This document shows positions 19,700-30,811 of a DNA stretch of 64,000 nucleotides, piece by piece. Each line of letters starts with the position of its first letter. Position 1 is the stretch's first letter. The notes under the pieces were generated by a model. It searched no databases. It saw only the letters and a list, made by a program, of their open reading frames with translations, and was not told where the DNA came from. Position numbers and translations under genes: made by a program. Source of the stretch: Candidatus Poribacteria bacterium (lineage in GTDB: Bacteria; Poribacteria; WGA-4E; WGA-3G); contig OZ243938.1 in NCBI GenBank assembly GCA_965214095.1, positions 32,001 through 96,000 of the forward strand, written 5' to 3'.

Positions 19700-20302
19700 T
19701 TATTCCTGTAATAGATTTTGAAGTGCGATAACTGATTTGTTTTCAGTATCAATTTGTCGGGCATTTTCAAGTGCTTCTTTTGCGAATTCTGTTTCACCGA
19801 GATAGAAATAACATGCAGCTTTTAAGGCATAGATTTCTACAATGGATTGATAGTCGTGCCGATAAAGATATTGTGCATCGGCATCCAATGCGTTATCTAT
19901 AGCACGTATAGCAGATGTAAAATCAGAATTGTCCTTGTTTCGCAGATATAATACATTTGCCAATCCAATCCAAGCATCTGCGTTAGATGAATCGTATCTA
20001 ACAGCATTTTGAAATGACTCTTGTGCTAAGGAAAACGTGAGTGCCAGACTTAGTTGACTCCAACCTACACCATTATATGCCTCAGCATATTCAGGATCGC
20101 TATTCAATGCCCTTTCAAAATTGAGAAGTGCTTGCGTGTAATTCCCTGAATTGTATGATATCCATCCCTGTTCAGTATGACGAATTGCAGAAGATGTATC
20201 GGTCTCAATGTCACCTGAACATCCAATCAGTGTTAGCAGAAGTAAAACAGCATTAATTACTGCAGCATGTATATAATAACGTCTCATTTTTTTATTGGAC
20301 AC
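19700..20302 (-). CDS. TPR-repeat lipoprotein
   Basis: Lipobox LIGC; TPR patterns such as AEAYNGVG and ADAWIGLA. Confidence 0.75.
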   Translation of the reverse strand: MSNKKMRRYYIHAAVINAVLLLLTLIGCSGDIETDTSSAIRHTEQGWISYNSGNYTQALLNFERALNSDPEYAEAYNGVGWSQLSLALTFSLAQESFQNAVRYDSSNADAWIGLANVLYLRNKDNSDFTSAIRAIDNALDADAQYLYRHDYQSIVEIYALKAACYFYLGETEFAKEALENARQIDTENKSVIALQNLLQE

Positions 20303-20327
20303 AGAATTAATGATGATTAATCCTATC

Positions 20328-23300
20328 CTACTCCGATTTCAAGGTTGATAATAATGGACTTCTAAGTGCCACTGAAACGGCAATACAATTTGAAATTATA
20401 CCAAATACGAATATCAATAACAAGGTAATCGTTAATGAAATCCACGGAAATGAAGGTAGATGTCCCTGTGAACTGATGATTGCGACAATACCTGCTGCAA
20501 TACCGATTAACATACCTACCGCCAAAATGAAGCAACTTTCAAGTAGTAACATTTTAAATAGAAGTTGCATACGGAAACCGAATGCACGCAATGTCGCCAA
20601 ATGCCTTCTCCGTTCAATGATGTTTCTAAACAATACCAGACCGATACCTATAGTTCCAATTAACACACCTAAACCACCAAGACTCTGAAAAGTTGAGATA
20701 TACGTATTTTCAACTGCTCGGAAGTTTGCAAGTCGTTCTGAAGCAGAAGTCACATCGAAACCGTATTCCTCTAATGTAGTCTCCAGTACTTGCTGTGTTT
20801 GTTCTCGCAATTCAACTGGTGTTTTGATGAGAAAAAACTGATACCCACTTTGACTTGGAAAGTTCTTTATGAAATCGGATTCGGAGATAATCAATTGACT
20901 CTGAAAAAGGCTGTTCTTAATTGTGTTGAGTTGCAAGAATAACGAATCACCGTTCTCATCTTGTATAATGAAATCATCTTTCGGATTGTGATGTAAAATC
21001 CATCTTAATGAATTTTCATCACCGATTGCATACACTCTTTGCTGATCTGGATTTCCTGAGAATAGGGGTCGCCATGGTTCTTCGTTTCTCATACTAAATG
21101 GTGCACCTAAAATCTGCGGCTTATTAGGTTTGTAAAGATTGAGACAACTCACATCTTCACCCGGTAATACGCGAAATGGAAATATATCTGACTTTGCAAT
21201 TAATGCCGAATCTTCTTCATTGAAACCGAGATCAAGTCTACCCTCAGGTGAATTTAGATTCTGGTATAATGGTAGTGAAGACTCTGCTACAAAAGCATAT
21301 TCAGTTTCTGGTAGTGCATCATGTCTATTCACACCTACAGCAACTATAATACAACAAGCCAAACTCATAACAATTACAGAACTGTTACTATGCATCGGTT
21401 GCCACGCTGCATTTTTAAGTCCAAATCTCAGCCGGTTCAAACGTTTAGGAACTCTTTGTGCCCCTAACCATCTATCAAACAAAAAAGTCCCGACTCCGAG
21501 AATAGCAATTGCAGAAACCAACAATCTGACAATGGGATGATTGAATATCACTGCTACAAATTCATAAACCTGTGAACCTTTGAGAGAAAAAACTAATATC
21601 GCAGCAACAAAACCGACTATTGTTCCAATGACAATACCTATTAGTCCTGTCCAACCTTTTATTTTATATCTGAATTGTATGTTACTTTGATGATGCATTG
21701 TAGGACTTAGGTTATTCATTATGTATGAAACAAACTTACTGCTAAGAATAAGATATAGTATAGAAATGAAAAATAGGCTAAAAATGAATCCACCCCATCC
21801 CTCAGTACCTAAGAAATAACCTGAAATAATACCGAAGGATATACCAAGATATAGTGATGTTTTCTTGTCTATTTCGGTCTGTAAACTCTGAGATTTGGTT
21901 TTTCGTGATACCTCAGTAAAATCAGTTTCTCCCGATAGTAATGCTATAGTTGGTGCTTTTCCAAGCCTTTTGACAACGTGCCGTATGAAATAGATCACAA
22001 TAACAAGCGTTGCAAAAATACCGATCAATAAACTCCATTTACCAATATAGAGATCAATAAATGGTGTGCCTATAGCAGGTAACCACCATGTTTTTAATCC
22101 AAATATCATCAATTGTGCATAACCAACCGCAAATAGACAACCTATTACACTACCGATACATGCGATAAAGATTCCTTCAAAAAGGAAACGTCTACGAATT
22201 TTGGCAAGTTTGTACCCAACTGCTTGTAGTATTCCGATTTCACTGGAACGTTGTTCCACACCGATACCGAAGGTTGTACTAACAAGAGTCGCTGCAGCCA
22301 GAATAATAAGAATGCTCAGACTACTAAATAACATACCAAAATCTGTTGACCCCTTAGAAGACTGCAATCCCTCTTCTCGAAGTGACAATAATTGGTATCC
22401 GATTTCTTCAGGTTTTATCAATTTTAGGAATTCTGATTCGAATAATGTCTTCGTTTCATCTATATCCTTACCCGGTGCAGCCGCCATCCGAATTGATGTA
22501 AGGTCACCAAACCGATTTTTCCAAAGGTTTTGTCCAGTACTCAATGGTATAAATGCCTTTGGCGTTGCCTTGTATTCATCCCAATAGACTTCGTCCTTAT
22601 CACGCACTCGGTTGTAATCAAAAGGAAATGGTGGATCCCAATCTGAAAGACCTGCTGTATCATGAATTCCAGGAAATGTCGGTATTATGTTTGTATCAGC
22701 GGCAACGCCTTCAATTGGAACGATGCCTTTCAACGTAAATGAAGCACTTCTTGTAATGTACTCTTCTTCAGCATTAACACTGAAATATGTGATACTGATT
22801 TTTTCACCTGTCTTAACCCCGAGATCGTCTGCAGTCCATTCATTGAGAAAAATATCATTCTCTTCTATCTGTTCAGGATTATATTGGTCAAATGGTCTAT
22901 CAATTTTCTTATTTCTAATCGGTAATGCTAATATTGTTGAATATGGGACAATATTGGAGGCATTACCATTATCTAAAGAGGTTATTGTATTTGCCAAGTA
23001 GGTAAACGTTGGGATTGTAGGAATGCTATATGTTGATGCAACAGTCAATGCTGCTTCAGATAGTTTGGGTTCAAGCAGGTACTGATTGCTCTGCAAATCA
23101 AAATGGTTCTCGCCTGATTTGATCTTCAAACCAAGTGTATTAAATGTGAGATGAAGTGTAGCAGAGGAAATCGGTTCTGTATCTGCAGTAAACATAGCGT
23201 TTACTTTGCCAGTTTGTCCAAGGATTTTTTGCAGAATAGAGCGTGAAATATAAGCATTAAGTGGAAGACTTTGATTAGGATGGATACTAAATCTGCCAGC

Positions 23301-23858
23301 ATTTTCGGTTGAGATAATATCACTTACAATCACACGTAGACTTTGAATAATATCGTCAGCATCACGAGTTCCCAACAGAAATTCTGGATGTATTTCCGCA
23401 GCTTTTGGAAAATTGACGAGAATTGCGTCACCTACCTGAACATTGAGTTCTTTCTGAAGTGCTTCATTAATTACAATATTGGCAAATGGCGGATTTACTT
23501 GTTTGTTCAAATTTGGTATAGAAGTTTGATCCCAAAAATCAAGAAAGGTTTCCTCAACACCATAAATATTAACCTTTGATGCACGTGCGTCAGTATCGGC
23601 AGCGACAACCGTCCCATTCAAAAGAATGGCAGCTTCCATATTTTGTCGTTTGATAATTTCTGGTAAAAAAAAATGATCCGCGATTACGGCATGTTGGATT
23701 TTACCTAACCGTTCTAATGTGATATTTCGTAAACTACCCTGCATGGAGTCCCCAACTATCAATGCCCCAGCAAGTACCCCTGTTGCAACTGCAGTACATA
23801 ACGCAACAATAAGATGAACTTTCCAATAGTATTTTGCTGTTTTCAAGATGTTACGCAT
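20328..23858 (-). CDS. Large FtsX/MacB-like ABC transporter permease
   Basis: Two EQR/ERR...LxAxG FtsX motifs, multiple TM helices, large periplasmic domains. Confidence 0.85.
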   Translation of the reverse strand: MRNILKTAKYYWKVHLIVALCTAVATGVLAGALIVGDSMQGSLRNITLERLGKIQHAVIADHFFLPEIIKRQNMEAAILLNGTVVAADTDARASKVNIYGVEETFLDFWDQTSIPNLNKQVNPPFANIVINEALQKELNVQVGDAILVNFPKAAEIHPEFLLGTRDADDIIQSLRVIVSDIISTENAGRFSIHPNQSLPLNAYISRSILQKILGQTGKVNAMFTADTEPISSATLHLTFNTLGLKIKSGENHFDLQSNQYLLEPKLSEAALTVASTYSIPTIPTFTYLANTITSLDNGNASNIVPYSTILALPIRNKKIDRPFDQYNPEQIEENDIFLNEWTADDLGVKTGEKISITYFSVNAEEEYITRSASFTLKGIVPIEGVAADTNIIPTFPGIHDTAGLSDWDPPFPFDYNRVRDKDEVYWDEYKATPKAFIPLSTGQNLWKNRFGDLTSIRMAAAPGKDIDETKTLFESEFLKLIKPEEIGYQLLSLREEGLQSSKGSTDFGMLFSSLSILIILAAATLVSTTFGIGVEQRSSEIGILQAVGYKLAKIRRRFLFEGIFIACIGSVIGCLFAVGYAQLMIFGLKTWWLPAIGTPFIDLYIGKWSLLIGIFATLVIVIYFIRHVVKRLGKAPTIALLSGETDFTEVSRKTKSQSLQTEIDKKTSLYLGISFGIISGYFLGTEGWGGFIFSLFFISILYLILSSKFVSYIMNNLSPTMHHQSNIQFRYKIKGWTGLIGIVIGTIVGFVAAILVFSLKGSQVYEFVAVIFNHPIVRLLVSAIAILGVGTFLFDRWLGAQRVPKRLNRLRFGLKNAAWQPMHSNSSVIVMSLACCIIVAVGVNRHDALPETEYAFVAESSLPLYQNLNSPEGRLDLGFNEEDSALIAKSDIFPFRVLPGEDVSCLNLYKPNKPQILGAPFSMRNEEPWRPLFSGNPDQQRVYAIGDENSLRWILHHNPKDDFIIQDENGDSLFLQLNTIKNSLFQSQLIISESDFIKNFPSQSGYQFFLIKTPVELREQTQQVLETTLEEYGFDVTSASERLANFRAVENTYISTFQSLGGLGVLIGTIGIGLVLFRNIIERRRHLATLRAFGFRMQLLFKMLLLESCFILAVGMLIGIAAGIVAIISSQGHLPSFPWISLTITLLLIFVFGIISNCIAVSVALRSPLLSTLKSE

Positions 23859-23889
23859 AGAATATATCCTATCTGAACGGTTGTAATTA

Positions 23890-24591
23890 TCAATTGTTGT
23901 TCGTTTCTACGGAATCTACTGTACACATACCATCAACAAGTCGAAGGTTAGTCTGAAAACGAGAAGCAAGTTCAAGATTGTGCGTGACGACAATCAATAT
24001 ATTACTTTCTGATTTATGCATCTCAAAGAGTAGATCTGCGATATTCTTTGAAGTAACGTTGTCTAAATTACCTGTCGGTTCATCGCAGAGTAATATGCTG
24101 GGGCGGTTGATGAGAGCACGTGCAATTGCAACGCGTTGCCGTTCACCTCCAGAGAGTTCACCAGGACGATGTGATATCCTATCAATTAAGCCAACCCGTC
24201 TAATGAGTTCTTGTGCTTGCTTTGTAGCATCGGGATCGGGTTTAAACGCAAGTGTGGGAATGAGAACATTTTCAAGAACGGAGTATTGTGGTAGTAAATG
24301 ATGATCCTGAAATACAAAACCAATTACACTGTTGCGATAGCGGGCCAATTCAGGTTCTGAAAGATTAAAGGGATCCTTCCCATTTATTTCAACTTGTCCT
24401 TTTGTGGGTTTCTCTAATGTGCCAATGATGTGTAATAGTGTGCTTTTGCCAGAACCAGACGGACCGGTGATTGCAATGGATTCACCAGAACGAAAACCAA
24501 ATGATACATTACGTAAAACTTCCACTTCTCCAAAATCTTTAGATAGATTTGAAACTGTCAAATGATGTGTCTTCTTATCATCTTCATGCAT
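23890..24591 (-). CDS. ABC transporter ATP-binding protein (LolD/MacB-like)
   Basis: GPSGSGKST, LSGGERQRVAIARAL, LLCDEPTGNLD, VTH. Confidence 0.93.
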   Translation of the reverse strand: MHEDDKKTHHLTVSNLSKDFGEVEVLRNVSFGFRSGESIAITGPSGSGKSTLLHIIGTLEKPTKGQVEINGKDPFNLSEPELARYRNSVIGFVFQDHHLLPQYSVLENVLIPTLAFKPDPDATKQAQELIRRVGLIDRISHRPGELSGGERQRVAIARALINRPSILLCDEPTGNLDNVTSKNIADLLFEMHKSESNILIVVTHNLELASRFQTNLRLVDGMCTVDSVETNNN

Positions 24592-24733
24592 AATTGTATA
24601 GTAACCATTCCTAAAAATATGTTGAAATAATCCATAAGAAGTTTATCCTATTAAAACCGTAATGTCAAGTTCTTCAAAATAATACGCGGGGAAATTTAGT
24701 TTTAAGGATTTTCAGAAGAGAGATTACTGAAAG

Positions 24734-24988
24734 TTAATCCCAAGCCGGTAGGTGCGGCTTGGGACATTTAGCATTTGTGAAAAAAGGACAAGAAAAACCG
24801 AAAACCAAATACCCCTGAAGATAATCTGCTTGATGTTGTTCATTTTGTGGCACAGAACTTGCTACTTTTACACATTGCCGCAACCAATCCTCAGGGTTAT
24901 CTTGAATTAATTTTTTTGAAACAGCGTCATATTGTCCACGCTGTGACGAGTGGTCAATGTTTGGACGCTTTTCTGTATTTTGTGTCAT
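24734..24988 (-). pseudogene. Truncated remnant of an Rpn-like (recombination-promoting nuclease/putative transposase) gene
   Basis: N-terminus YDAVSKKLIQDNPEDW resembles Rpn-like N-termini, then similarity is lost. Confidence 0.45.
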
Positions 24989-25029
24989 AGTAATTTATAT
25001 ATACATAGACTCATAGTCTTGAATAGATT

Positions 25030-26040
25030 TTATCTCCTTTCACTGGTTATTATTCCAACACCCGGACGCTCTGGTAACACTAACTTGCCTCTACCTATTA
25101 CAACACCTGAATAAGGATCATTAGAAATTAACAAATTTCCATCTAAATCTGCATAATCTACAAGTGGGGTCAGATGCGCAGCAGCAGTAATACCGAGTGA
25201 ACTCTCTATCATACATCCAATCATCACAAGCATTCCATAGGCACGCGCTACATGAATCATACGTAAGGCTTCTAAAATGCCACCACATTTTACTAATTTT
25301 ATATTTATCCCATCTACAGTTTCCACCAATTTAGGAATGTCACTTGAACGTTTTACACTTTCATCCGCGATGATTGGTAAGGTCGTGTGCTCACGGATAT
25401 ATCTTAGACCTTCTATATCATCTACCTTCGTTGGTTGTTCAATTAATACTACTCTTAATTGTGCCAACTCATTTATTATGTCAACTGCTTCATTCGGTGA
25501 CCATGCTGTGTTTGCATCAATATAAATCGGTTTGTCCGTAACTTTCCGGATTTCTTGAATAATCTCTATATCGTTAGGCGTACCAAGTTTGACTTTTAGA
25601 ATTGAATACGCATCTGCCTGTAATACTTTTTCAGCCATCACTGAAGGTTCATCAAGTCCGATAGTAAACGATGTGCATGGTGTTTTCTCTGGATTCAATC
25701 CCCATAGTTTGTAAAGCGGTACCCCTAATTTCTTACCTAATCTGTCGTGCAGTGCCATATCAATAGCAGATTTTGCAGCGTAATTACCATCAAGAACCGA
25801 TTCAATCTCATCCATTACATCATGGATATGATCAAGATTTCTATCAAGTAATGGTGTTAGCTTTTCTATCGCTGCTACAACCGTCTGCACAGTTTCTCCA
25901 TAAAACTTCGCTGGGGCCGCTTCACCAACACCACCATCAATCTCAACAGATACGACCTCACGATATGAATCAGTTTCACGACGCGAAATCTTGAAAGGAT
26001 TTTTCAAGTGTAATTTGGTGATTTTCGTGGCAATGTGCAC
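25030..26040 (-). CDS. Dipeptide (L-Ala-D/L-Glu) epimerase, enolase superfamily
   Basis: PFKISR, KVK, DAN, EQP, ADES, NIKLVKCGG, GCMIES, DLDG. Confidence 0.9.
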   Translation of the reverse strand: MHIATKITKLHLKNPFKISRRETDSYREVVSVEIDGGVGEAAPAKFYGETVQTVVAAIEKLTPLLDRNLDHIHDVMDEIESVLDGNYAAKSAIDMALHDRLGKKLGVPLYKLWGLNPEKTPCTSFTIGLDEPSVMAEKVLQADAYSILKVKLGTPNDIEIIQEIRKVTDKPIYIDANTAWSPNEAVDIINELAQLRVVLIEQPTKVDDIEGLRYIREHTTLPIIADESVKRSSDIPKLVETVDGINIKLVKCGGILEALRMIHVARAYGMLVMIGCMIESSLGITAAAHLTPLVDYADLDGNLLISNDPYSGVVIGRGKLVLPERPGVGIITSERR

Positions 26041-26042
26041 CT

Positions 26043-28175
26043 TTATTTACCTCGCGTCTTGTTAAAATGTTCCATGAAACGTTCAAACTTTTCTGAATCA
26101 ATCTGTGTCTCTTCCTTTAAATAAAGCCATATACCAATGAAGATGGCAGAGGCTTCCTGCATTACCGTAGAGTTTGGATGATTTAATGAATGTATGTCAA
26201 GTGTCATCGCCATTTTGTTTGTCTGTTGTATAATTGGTGTTTCTCTGTCCTGCACCGTAACAATTGGTGTTCCATAAAGATTTTCATTGAACTGTTCCAG
26301 AATCCGTTTTTGAAATGTCTCTGTGTCCTGATTGCCTCGGTTATGTTTTGCAACTACCATGTCTTTACCTACAATCATTGGAGAGTGATTTATCTGTAGA
26401 TAAAAACCCTCGTCCTTGATATTATTCACTTTCTCAATCCGTTCTTTAGTCGTAAGTTCTGACCCAGGTGTTTGGACAAGGTAAGTCTTTGCCCCAGCAA
26501 GTTCAAGCATCTCTTTCAATATTGTAATGAGTTGGTGGGTTTTATCTGTGTTTATCCGTGTATCAAGGACTATCACGGTATCTGTAAATGCCCCATCTGC
26601 AACAGCATGAAGTTTGTGATTGAATACCGATGACATGTTCTGTTCGATTTGTATATTTTGTGTTTTGGGATAAAATCCGACTTTTGAAAGATGAATTGTA
26701 ATATCAAACGGACTTTGTAATGACATCCCAGATTCTATGAAATAATGTCCCTCTCTATCTGTAACTGCTGTTAATTCAGGTCCAATAGTTACTGTAACAT
26801 CAGAAATCGGCATCTCCGAACTGCCATCGGTAACTTGTCCTTGCACAATTCCATGGGGAATGTCAGCAAAGTTGATTTCAACAAACTTGCTGGTTTGTCC
26901 ATAAGATACATCAACTATGGCATTACCCGATTTATCTGGTGCGTAAAGATAGAATAATACTATTCCACCATGTGTGAGTTTTTCAGTTTCAACCAATCTC
27001 CCATTGGTTGTCTTTGCTCTGATAAGTTCCCCTTCTGCAATTGGCTTTCCATCTATGTCGTAAGCAGTTACTGTAATACCAACATAACTCTTCCCATCAG
27101 ATGGAAGGATATCTGTCCATGCAACCATCTGTATATCAGCAGCAGGTGGTGCGACTTTGAACTGTTCTGGTTTCGGTAGACTATGATTTCCATAGTAATT
27201 TACTAACTCTGTCTGAACATATTGGATACCGTTCGTCAACGGTTCTTTGACTTTCACTGTGATAATATCCGTTTCACGATCATAGTTGAATGGAAACAGA
27301 ACATCATTTATCTTCACTTGAATAGTATTTGAATATACCTGTTGCCGTCTGAGCATCCAGGCACCCCGCTCATGTATGCCATCTTGGACTTGTAGCTTGA
27401 TTGTCGGTGTCTTTGTCTGTATGACAGATCCCTGTAACGGTGTTATCAGAACCCCTCTTGGGAAACCGCCTTCAACATAGCGTGCAATGCCGAGAAAATA
27501 TCCATAAGCCTCATTTTTCAAGTAATCATCATCTCTAAGTCGAGTTTCCTCTTCAGGGTTGGTGTAAAATGATGCTTCACATACAACAGCAGGACAATTT
27601 GTTAACCGTAGCACACCAAAACCTGATGCAACCACGAGTTTATCAGAATAAAGTCCTGTAGGTGGTGATTTCGGCAAACGAAGCGCATCTGATACACCTT
27701 GTTGTATATACCGTGCGAGGTCTAAACTCGGTCGTGATTCATCTGCATCACCGTGAAACCATGTTGAAGTATAGTTAACCTCTGGATTATCATCAAGTCC
27801 ATTATGATGTATGGATATGAAGAAATCTGCACCATTTTCGTTCGATATCTCACTTCGTTTTGCTAAACTGACGTACGAGTCATCTTCACGAGTCAAAATA
27901 ACAGTTGCTTCAGCTTTCTCAAGTAATTCACGAAGATAGAAGGCAACCTTAAGATTGATCTCTGCCTCACGTAATCCTGTCGGTCCACGTTTGTAATCAG
28001 GAATATGTCCTTGACCACCGTGTCCAGGATCCAAACAAATTTTGAACCCTTTGAGAAAACGTGCGTAAGGAGGTATTTCAAACACATCAGAATCATGATC
28101 CGATTGTTCATTTGCACTGATAGACAAAGTAAACGGTAGTGAAAGAATAACGATTAATATTATATACAGTCGCAT
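26043..28175 (-). CDS. N-acetylmuramoyl-L-alanine amidase (Amidase_3) with Ig-like domains and degenerate second amidase domain
   Basis: Signal peptide; LDPGHGG, EAEINL, FISIHHN, VVCEASF Zn/catalytic motifs. Confidence 0.88.
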   Translation of the reverse strand: MRLYIILIVILSLPFTLSISANEQSDHDSDVFEIPPYARFLKGFKICLDPGHGGQGHIPDYKRGPTGLREAEINLKVAFYLRELLEKAEATVILTREDDSYVSLAKRSEISNENGADFFISIHHNGLDDNPEVNYTSTWFHGDADESRPSLDLARYIQQGVSDALRLPKSPPTGLYSDKLVVASGFGVLRLTNCPAVVCEASFYTNPEEETRLRDDDYLKNEAYGYFLGIARYVEGGFPRGVLITPLQGSVIQTKTPTIKLQVQDGIHERGAWMLRRQQVYSNTIQVKINDVLFPFNYDRETDIITVKVKEPLTNGIQYVQTELVNYYGNHSLPKPEQFKVAPPAADIQMVAWTDILPSDGKSYVGITVTAYDIDGKPIAEGELIRAKTTNGRLVETEKLTHGGIVLFYLYAPDKSGNAIVDVSYGQTSKFVEINFADIPHGIVQGQVTDGSSEMPISDVTVTIGPELTAVTDREGHYFIESGMSLQSPFDITIHLSKVGFYPKTQNIQIEQNMSSVFNHKLHAVADGAFTDTVIVLDTRINTDKTHQLITILKEMLELAGAKTYLVQTPGSELTTKERIEKVNNIKDEGFYLQINHSPMIVGKDMVVAKHNRGNQDTETFQKRILEQFNENLYGTPIVTVQDRETPIIQQTNKMAMTLDIHSLNHPNSTVMQEASAIFIGIWLYLKEETQIDSEKFERFMEHFNKTRGK

Positions 28176-28215
28176 TGATACAATCTCTATTTTTCTATTA
28201 CAGTTATTTATAAGT

Positions 28216-28260
28216 AAAAATGTCCGTAGCCATATAATTTACTATTGACTACGGACAAAA
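28216..28260 (-). terminator. Terminator hairpin after the flo operon (possibly bidirectional)
   Basis: TGTCCGTAG...CTACGGACA stem with A tracts on both sides on the plus strand. Confidence 0.65.
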
Positions 28261-28274
28261 GTTGATATGAATTT

Positions 28275-28781
28275 CTATTTCCTATTTCGTATCCCTTTAG
28301 GTTTTCCAAGAATTTCAGACAGAATAATACCTTGCCGAAAAGTTTCTGGAGAAAGATCAATCAGAGATGTTACGGGTAACGATTTCGTAGGTAAATTTGT
28401 TGGAGAATCTACAGGCACAGGAGGTACAGTTTGCCTACCTTGTGGTTCCGGTTCTTGAACTGTTTCAAGTTCAACTTGTTCCGTCACCATTGGAAATTCC
28501 TCTACCTCGTTTTCTATAGTTTCCTGTAAAACACCTTCGTCAACATCTAAACCTTCAAAATTCTGCATAAACGGTGGCAGCACCAATTCACTATCAGAAG
28601 GAACGTTAACTTCTGCGTTCATCTCTGAAGGAACGTTGCCTTCTGTGTTTGTTGCAGGAGGAACATTTACATCTTGGTTCGTGTCAGGAGCGCGTCTTTG
28701 GGGTTTACGACGACGCGCACCACTAAAGACCAAAAATAGAATCGCAAGAGCAATATACATTAACGTCTGAAAATCCATCAT
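28275..28781 (-). CDS. YqfB-like membrane-anchored acidic protein
   Basis: N-terminal TM; C-terminal FRQGIILSEILGKP; position after floA. Confidence 0.6.
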   Translation of the reverse strand: MMDFQTLMYIALAILFLVFSGARRRKPQRRAPDTNQDVNVPPATNTEGNVPSEMNAEVNVPSDSELVLPPFMQNFEGLDVDEGVLQETIENEVEEFPMVTEQVELETVQEPEPQGRQTVPPVPVDSPTNLPTKSLPVTSLIDLSPETFRQGIILSEILGKPKGIRNRK

Positions 28782-28799
28782 TTTCTCCTTATAGTGATA

Positions 28800-29831
28800 T
28801 TATGACAGACCTAATGAGTGAGAAGACCGTGTTGTATCAGTATCTTTCTGTCCTCCAGGGGAAGCAATAGATTGCCGCATCTCAGTATCTGCAAGGATAT
28901 TGCGAAGCGTATAGTAATCCATCACACTCATGTTTTCAGAGTTGAAAGAATCTGAAATAGACAATGGAATTTCGGCTTCTGCTTCAATTAGTTTCACTGT
29001 CATTTCTTCCACATAAGCTTTATTCTCTTCCTCTTCCGCTTCAGCTTTAGCACGTCGTTCTTCAGCTTTAGCACGCGCAATCTTGAGTTCTGCCTGTGCC
29101 TGATCTGTCTGCAATTTTGCGCCGACGTTCTCCCCAACGTTGATATCTGCAATATCAATAGACAAAATGGTAAAAGCCGTTCCCGCTTCAAGTCCTTTTT
29201 CAAGCACTGTTTCGGAAATACGCACAGGATTTTCTAACACCTGTTTATGGTTTGTAGATGACCCAATCGTTGTGATAATCCCTTCACCAACTCTGGCACG
29301 TATCGTATCTTCTGTAGCACCACCAACAAGACGATCTATATTTGCTCTTACGGTTACTCTTGCTTTGACAATCAACTGGATGCCATCACGCGCAACTGCT
29401 GTGATGCCAGTGTTCGGATCCTCTTGGCTTGGAATATCAATAATCTCAGGTGTAACACTAACCTGCACTGCCTGTAGAACATCCCTTCCTGCTAAGTCAA
29501 TTGCTGCTGCCTGGGCAAACTCAAGCTCAATATTTGCTTTGTCTGCTGCAATAAGTGCAGCAACAACACTCGCAACGCGTCCACCTGCAAGGTAATGTGC
29601 TTCAAGATCATCAAGGGACAAGGTTAACCCTGCTTTCGTAGCGTTAATTTGCGGTCCTACTATATCTGACGGTGGGACACGACGTAAACGCATTGCAACA
29701 AGGTCAAATATACCGACTTTCACTCCAGCGGCAATAGCGGTTATCCATAAACCAAGCGGAACTAACCATGCAATAACAATCAAAAACAGTACTATACATA
29801 CAGCGATAATCGCTATTATTACAGTTTCCAT
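28800..29831 (-). CDS. floA: Flotillin-like protein FloA (paralog 2)
   Basis: [56 protein letters not shown]. Confidence 0.9.
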   Translation of the reverse strand: METVIIAIIAVCIVLFLIVIAWLVPLGLWITAIAAGVKVGIFDLVAMRLRRVPPSDIVGPQINATKAGLTLSLDDLEAHYLAGGRVASVVAALIAADKANIELEFAQAAAIDLAGRDVLQAVQVSVTPEIIDIPSQEDPNTGITAVARDGIQLIVKARVTVRANIDRLVGGATEDTIRARVGEGIITTIGSSTNHKQVLENPVRISETVLEKGLEAGTAFTILSIDIADINVGENVGAKLQTDQAQAELKIARAKAEERRAKAEAEEEENKAYVEEMTVKLIEAEAEIPLSISDSFNSENMSVMDYYTLRNILADTEMRQSIASPGGQKDTDTTRSSHSLGLS

Positions 29832-29833
29832 TA

Positions 29834-30751
29834 TTATTCTCCTTCTCTCTGTGGTGTAATATCTAAATTACCACTACGAAATGCAGATGCGAGTGCACGT
29901 GGCACTGTCGCTTCTGCTTCAACGACTTTAGCACGTTGTTCTTGTACATTGGCTGTCATTTCTTGTTTTGTTGCGACAGCAAGAGCACGACGTTCTTCTG
30001 CTTTTGCCTGTGCAACTACAAGGTCAGCCTCCGCCTGCTCAGCTTGAAGTTCTGCTCCGATATTTTTGCCAACATTTACATCAGCTATATCTATTGATAA
30101 AATCTCAAATGCCGTTCCAGCATCAAGTCCACGATCCAGCACTGTTTTGGAAATTATATCCGGGTTTTCAAGTACATCCTCATAAGTTTCTGAAGCACCT
30201 ATGGCACTAATAATACCCTCACCGACACGAGCGATGATAGTTTCTTCACCAGCACCACCAACAAGTCGGTTGATATTTGTTCGGACTGTGATTTTCACGG
30301 TAGCAATAAGTTCAACACCGTCAAGTGCAAGTGCACTAATCTTAGATGTCGTGATCACCCGCGGATTCACACTCACTTGAACTGCCTCAAATACATCTCT
30401 ACCAGCAAGATCAATAGCGGATGACCTTTGAAATGTGAGATCAATCTTCGCTTTGTCCGCAGCGATGAGTGCACTCACCACATTGAGTACATCCCCACCA
30501 GCCAGATAATGCGCCTCCAATTCTGTCGTGACAACAGGTAAACCTGCTTTGTAACCACTAATTAACGCTTTAACAATAATATTGGGATTGACCCGTCTCA
30601 AACGCATTCCAACTAGTTCGGAAATACGAAGTGGAGCACCCGCAGCAATAGCTGCAATCCATAACCCCACTGGGACGAACCAAAAGAACATAAAGATAAC
30701 AATGAGAACAAGGACAGCAACTATTGGAACTGCAGCTGTAAAATCTTCCAT
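29834..30751 (-). CDS. floA: Flotillin-like protein FloA (paralog 1)
   Basis: [45 protein letters not shown]. Confidence 0.9.
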   Translation of the reverse strand: MEDFTAAVPIVAVLVLIVIFMFFWFVPVGLWIAAIAAGAPLRISELVGMRLRRVNPNIIVKALISGYKAGLPVVTTELEAHYLAGGDVLNVVSALIAADKAKIDLTFQRSSAIDLAGRDVFEAVQVSVNPRVITTSKISALALDGVELIATVKITVRTNINRLVGGAGEETIIARVGEGIISAIGASETYEDVLENPDIISKTVLDRGLDAGTAFEILSIDIADVNVGKNIGAELQAEQAEADLVVAQAKAEERRALAVATKQEMTANVQEQRAKVVEAEATVPRALASAFRSGNLDITPQREGE

Positions 30752-30811
30752 ATCATTTCTCCTTTAAAAATAGGAAACGTTCTATAATTCAAACACAACA
30801 CAATCATAAAC

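Noticed and set aside
24719-24731. 13-bp match AGAGATTACTGAA shared with 60151-60163
   Set aside because: Matches of this length are expected by chance in 64 kb of AT-rich DNA, and it does not extend.
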